From contig CAXXNO010000008.1 of NCBI GenBank assembly GCA_963663235.2, positions 1-64,000 of the forward strand: 64,000 nucleotides of DNA, given 5' to 3'. This DNA is from Dehalococcoidia bacterium (GTDB taxonomy: Bacteria > Chloroflexota > Dehalococcoidia > Bin125). Under the pieces are notes generated by a model, which was not told where the DNA came from, ran no database searches, and saw nothing but the letters and a program-made list of their open reading frames with translations. The translations under genes were made by a program, and so were the position numbers. This document shows positions 60,629 to 64,000 of this stretch, in pieces. Position 1 is the first letter of the stretch. Each line of letters opens with the position of its first letter.

Positions 60629-62056
60629 ATGGCCACCGACCGCAAGGCGCGCCTGCGGATTCCTCCACACCACGTCACCAAGCAGACCCCGTACGAGCGC
60701 GTGCACAATTGGGACGAGGTCTTCAACGGCTATACGCCCGAGCCCGCCATGTTCGAGGCGCAGCGCTGCATCCAGTGCCCGGCCGCCCCCTGCGTCAAGG
60801 CCTGTCCCGTAGACAACGACATCCCCGGCGCCCTCTGGCTCCTTGAAAGCGGCAAGATCGCGGAGGCGGCGGCCACCTTCCGCCTGACCAGCAACCTCCC
60901 GGAGCTCTGCGGCCGGCTCTGCCCGCAGGAAAGCCTCTGTGAAGGGTCCTGCGTGGTCGCCAAGCACAACAAGCCCGTCGCCATCGGCAAGATTGAGGCG
61001 TTCGTGTCCGATTGGGACCGCGCCCGCCGGGGCGGTTTCCCCGTGCGCCGTCCGGAGCGGGAGAGCGGCGCCCGCGTGGCCATCGTGGGCAGCGGCCCGG
61101 CGGGGCTGGCCGTGGCCGAGGAGCTGCGCGCGTCCAGCCACGCCGTCACGGTGTTCGAAGCCTGGCCCGTGCCCGGGGGGCTGCTCCGCTACGGCATCCC
61201 CAGCTTCAAGACGGAATACTCCATCGTCGATGACAAGATCGACGCCCTAGTGCAGGCTGGCGTGGAGTTCCGCTGCAACACCCACGTCGGTCGGGACGTC
61301 ACCTGGGACGACCTGGCCCGCTACGATGCCGTCTTCTTGGCCCAGGGCGCGGGACTGGGCAAGCGACTGCGCCTGCAAGGCGCCCGTCTGAAGCATGTCT
61401 ACACCGCGACCGACTTTCTCGTCCGCGCGAACCTCCCGGACGATATGCTCCCGCCGCGCTTGAGCGGCCAGCCCCATGTGGGACGCAGCGCCGTCGTGGT
61501 GGGCGGGGGAGATACCTCGATGGATTGCGTGCGCTCGGCCATTCGCATGGGCGTGGAGCAGGTGACGCTGCTCTACCGCCGCACGGAGGCCGAGATGCTC
61601 GGGCGTGAGGAGGAACGCCGCCACGCCAAGGAAGAGGGCGTGAAGTTCGAGTACCTGGCCACGCCGGTCGCGTTCCTCGCCGAAGATGGGGCCGTTTCCG
61701 GCGTCGAGTGTGTCCGCATGAAACTGGGCGAGCCCGATGAGAGCGGCCGTCGCCGTCCCCAGCCCATTCCGGGATCGGAGTTCGTGCTCACGGCGGACAC
61801 GGTCGTCGTCGCGGTGGGCTACGACGTCGCCCAGGACTTCCTCACGCCGGATGCAGGCGTTGACGTCGATGACTGGGGCCGCATAGTCACCGACGAACAT
61901 GGGCAAACCTCCCGGCCGGGCGTCTTCGCCGCGGGCGACAACGTCCGTGGTGCCGACTTGGTCGTCACGGCCCTGGCCGACGCCCGCCGGACGCTGCCAG
62001 CCATCGAGGCCCATCTCGCCGGCGCCCTCTCAAAACGGGCGGCCCTGGCCGGCTAG
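60629..62056 (+). CDS. GltD/SudA/NfnB-like Fe-S flavoprotein oxidoreductase
   Basis: RCIQCPAAPC...CP, CGRLCPQESLCEGSC, GSGPAGL, GGGDTSMD, FAAGD. Confidence 0.92.
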   Translation: MATDRKARLRIPPHHVTKQTPYERVHNWDEVFNGYTPEPAMFEAQRCIQCPAAPCVKACPVDNDIPGALWLLESGKIAEAAATFRLTSNLPELCGRLCPQESLCEGSCVVAKHNKPVAIGKIEAFVSDWDRARRGGFPVRRPERESGARVAIVGSGPAGLAVAEELRASSHAVTVFEAWPVPGGLLRYGIPSFKTEYSIVDDKIDALVQAGVEFRCNTHVGRDVTWDDLARYDAVFLAQGAGLGKRLRLQGARLKHVYTATDFLVRANLPDDMLPPRLSGQPHVGRSAVVVGGGDTSMDCVRSAIRMGVEQVTLLYRRTEAEMLGREEERRHAKEEGVKFEYLATPVAFLAEDGAVSGVECVRMKLGEPDESGRRRPQPIPGSEFVLTADTVVVAVGYDVAQDFLTPDAGVDVDDWGRIVTDEHGQTSRPGVFAAGDNVRGADLVVTALADARRTLPAIEAHLAGALSKRAALAG

Positions 62057-62092
62057 TCACAGTGGGTAGTCACAGTCGGCTGCTCAGGGCGG

Positions 62093-62866
62093 TCATTGCC
62101 CCACCGCCGGGATGAGGATCGCGGAGAGCTGCTCTACCAGCGCGAACAGCGCGCCCGAGAGCCCGACGTCATCCGACTCCAACACCACCACGCCGCCGCT
62201 GCGATCGCTGATGGTGATGGAGTAACGGAAGCAGTTCCCGCAGCCGCTGACGCTATTCGCCGGCTCCTCGCGAAAGAAATCGTTGTCGGTGAGCATCTGG
62301 TCGATCGCGGCCACGGCCGCGCGGCTCACGCTGATCGGCTGCGGCGAGCCGCCGTTCCGGCTGCCCGTGCCCTGTCCGCTCTCGTCGAACTGGATCGTCT
62401 GCACCAATCCGAATACCGCCGTCGAGCGGGTGAACGTCACGGCCCACGGGACCGGATCCGGTTCAGGCTCGGGCTCGGCGGGAGGCGGCAGCGCCTCCGG
62501 GGGGCTCAGCGGCTGCGTCCAGACGCGCGCGCTGCGGGAGAAAACGAAATAGACCCCGGCAGGTTCGAGTCCATCCAGCGACGCCACGCTGGCCGGCAGC
62601 CCGTCTTGCCAGACTTGCCACGCCTGCGTCTGGGCCACAAAGCGCCAGACCGTGGTGATCTCGCTGCGGGCGTCGTTGAGCGCGTCCGGCAGCGTCAAGG
62701 CGATGCCCTGGTAGAGCACATTGTTCCAGCCTGCGTAAAGCTGGACCTGCGGCTCCGGAGGCTCCTGCGCCGCGACGGGATCGCTAACGCCGCCGGCGAT
62801 GCTCAACGCGATCGTCGCGGCCGCAAGACTGAGGAACGCTGCGAGAAGGTACCGGATGGGCGGCAT
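62093..62866 (-). CDS. Secreted hypothetical protein with LxxGWN-type surface domain
   Basis: Signal peptide, QLYAGWNNV..., Pro-rich linker, CGNCFRY. Confidence 0.65.
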   Translation of the reverse strand: MPPIRYLLAAFLSLAAATIALSIAGGVSDPVAAQEPPEPQVQLYAGWNNVLYQGIALTLPDALNDARSEITTVWRFVAQTQAWQVWQDGLPASVASLDGLEPAGVYFVFSRSARVWTQPLSPPEALPPPAEPEPEPDPVPWAVTFTRSTAVFGLVQTIQFDESGQGTGSRNGGSPQPISVSRAAVAAIDQMLTDNDFFREEPANSVSGCGNCFRYSITISDRSGGVVVLESDDVGLSGALFALVEQLSAILIPAVGQ

Positions 62867-62933
62867 GGGCCGAACCAATCGGCCCCGCTCCAAATCCTTC
62901 GCTGGCAGCGTAGCGGCTCCTGCCGCTCTCGCG

Positions 62934-63742
62934 CTACGCGCGGCTTGACTCGGCCGGCTCGTGGTGGTGCCCCACGGAGAGCGGCGCCGTCCTCGCCTGG
63001 TCGGGAAACTCGCAGCATTGAATCGCTTCGTGCACGGCCGCCGTCTCCGGCTGCAGCGTGACGTGGCGGAGCCCGAAGCGCTCTTGCAGCCGTTGCGCGG
63101 CCGGGACAATCACCCGTTCCGCATCCGACGCTTCCGCGATCTCCACGTGGCACGAGACAGCGGGGAAGCCCGAGGTGACCGTCCAGATATGCAGGTCGTG
63201 CACTCCCAGCACGCCGGGAATGCCACAGAGATCGGCGGCGATCGCGTTCACGTCGATGCCCGGTGGGGCGGCCTCCAGCAGCACATTCAAGCTCGCCCGA
63301 ATCAGGCGCGCGCCGCTCAGGATCAACAGCGCCGCGACCGCCAGGCTGGCGATCAGATCGATCGTCACCCATCCCGTCGCCAGGATCACGGCGCCGGCGA
63401 CCAGCGCACCCACGGACCCCAGCGCATCGCCCACCAGGTGGTAGTACGCGCCGCGGATGTTCAAGTCGTCGCGCTGGCGCGCGGACAAGAGGCGCACGCC
63501 GGCCAGGTTTCCCAGCAGACCAATGGCCGCGATCGCCAGCAGGGCGCCTCCGTTCACCTCGGGGTCGTCCCCCAGCCGTCCCGCGGCCCGCGCGCTGATC
63601 GCCCCGGCGATCAACAGCAGCGCGACGCCGTTGATCAGCGCCGCCAAGACCTCCGCCCGGTACCAGCCAAAGGTGCGGCGGCTGTCCGCCCGCCGCCCGG
63701 CCAGCCAGATCGCGCCGAGCGCCAGCAGAAGCGCGCCCGCAT
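62934..63742 (-). pseudogene. CDF family cation transporter (CzcD-like), 5' part cut off by IS insertion
   Basis: TFGWYRAEVLAALING, NIRGAYYHLVGD, HDLHIW, HVTLQPE; frame runs into IS end at 63743. Confidence 0.85.
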
Positions 63743-64000
63743 GGTTCTGTCAGATCTCAGGGCTCGTCGGCGTAGCGTCGCCTCGTTCATGACGCAACGA
63801 GGAGACGCCGATGCACTGTCCGCACTGCCGCTCGACTGCGACGACCAAGCGCAGGCATCGCACGACGCTAGGCTACCAGCGATTCAACTGTCGCGCGTGT
63901 GGACGGCGCTTCAACGAGCGGACCGGCACGCCCTTCAACGATCTCCAGTACCCGACGGACCTCGTGCTGCTCGCCGTGCTGTGGCGCCTGCGGTACAAGC
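63743..64000 (+). mobile_element. IS6-family insertion sequence, left end (partial)
   Basis: Terminal GGTTCTGTCAGAT resembles IS6 IR; transposase follows. Confidence 0.8.
63811..64000 (+). CDS. IS6-family transposase with N-terminal Zn ribbon (partial)
   Basis: GAGGAG RBS; MHCPHC...LGYQRFNCRACGRRFNERTGTPFN...LWRLRYK. Confidence 0.82.
   Translation, partial: MHCPHCRSTATTKRRHRTTLGYQRFNCRACGRRFNERTGTPFNDLQYPTDLVLLAVLWRLRYK

Overview
High-GC bacterial chromosome segment, probably Chloroflexota/Dehalococcoidia-like (inferred from gene content and protein style, not from a database search). It is mostly housekeeping: PBP1A, gatCA, trpS-argS-recG-degV-DAK2, rpmB, rpe, argCJBD-G-H, nth, tupABC, groEL with a CIRCE site, a thiolase/OB-fold pair, hpnH-hpnG-hpnA, Mo/W-cofactor-related genes and a gltD-like gene. 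At the right edge an IS6-family element interrupts a CDF transporter. I saw no rRNA, tRNA, CRISPR array or prophage. The unusual signals lie between genes. (1) A 147-bp tandem array re-encodes the [4Fe-4S] motif of endonuclease III five more times after the nth stop. (2) A 2.77-kb protease cassette is flanked by a ~90-bp duplication of the 3' end of a ubiA-family gene, with no integrase. (3) Several other genes are followed by short echoes of their own 3' ends. (4) A helically phased array of nine C(T/C)GTCC-like hexamers lies behind an orphan sigma70-like promoter. (5) There are nested REP-like hairpins, plus remnants of sodN and higA. Several apparent 1-bp indels suggest residual sequencing error, so frameshift calls are provisional.
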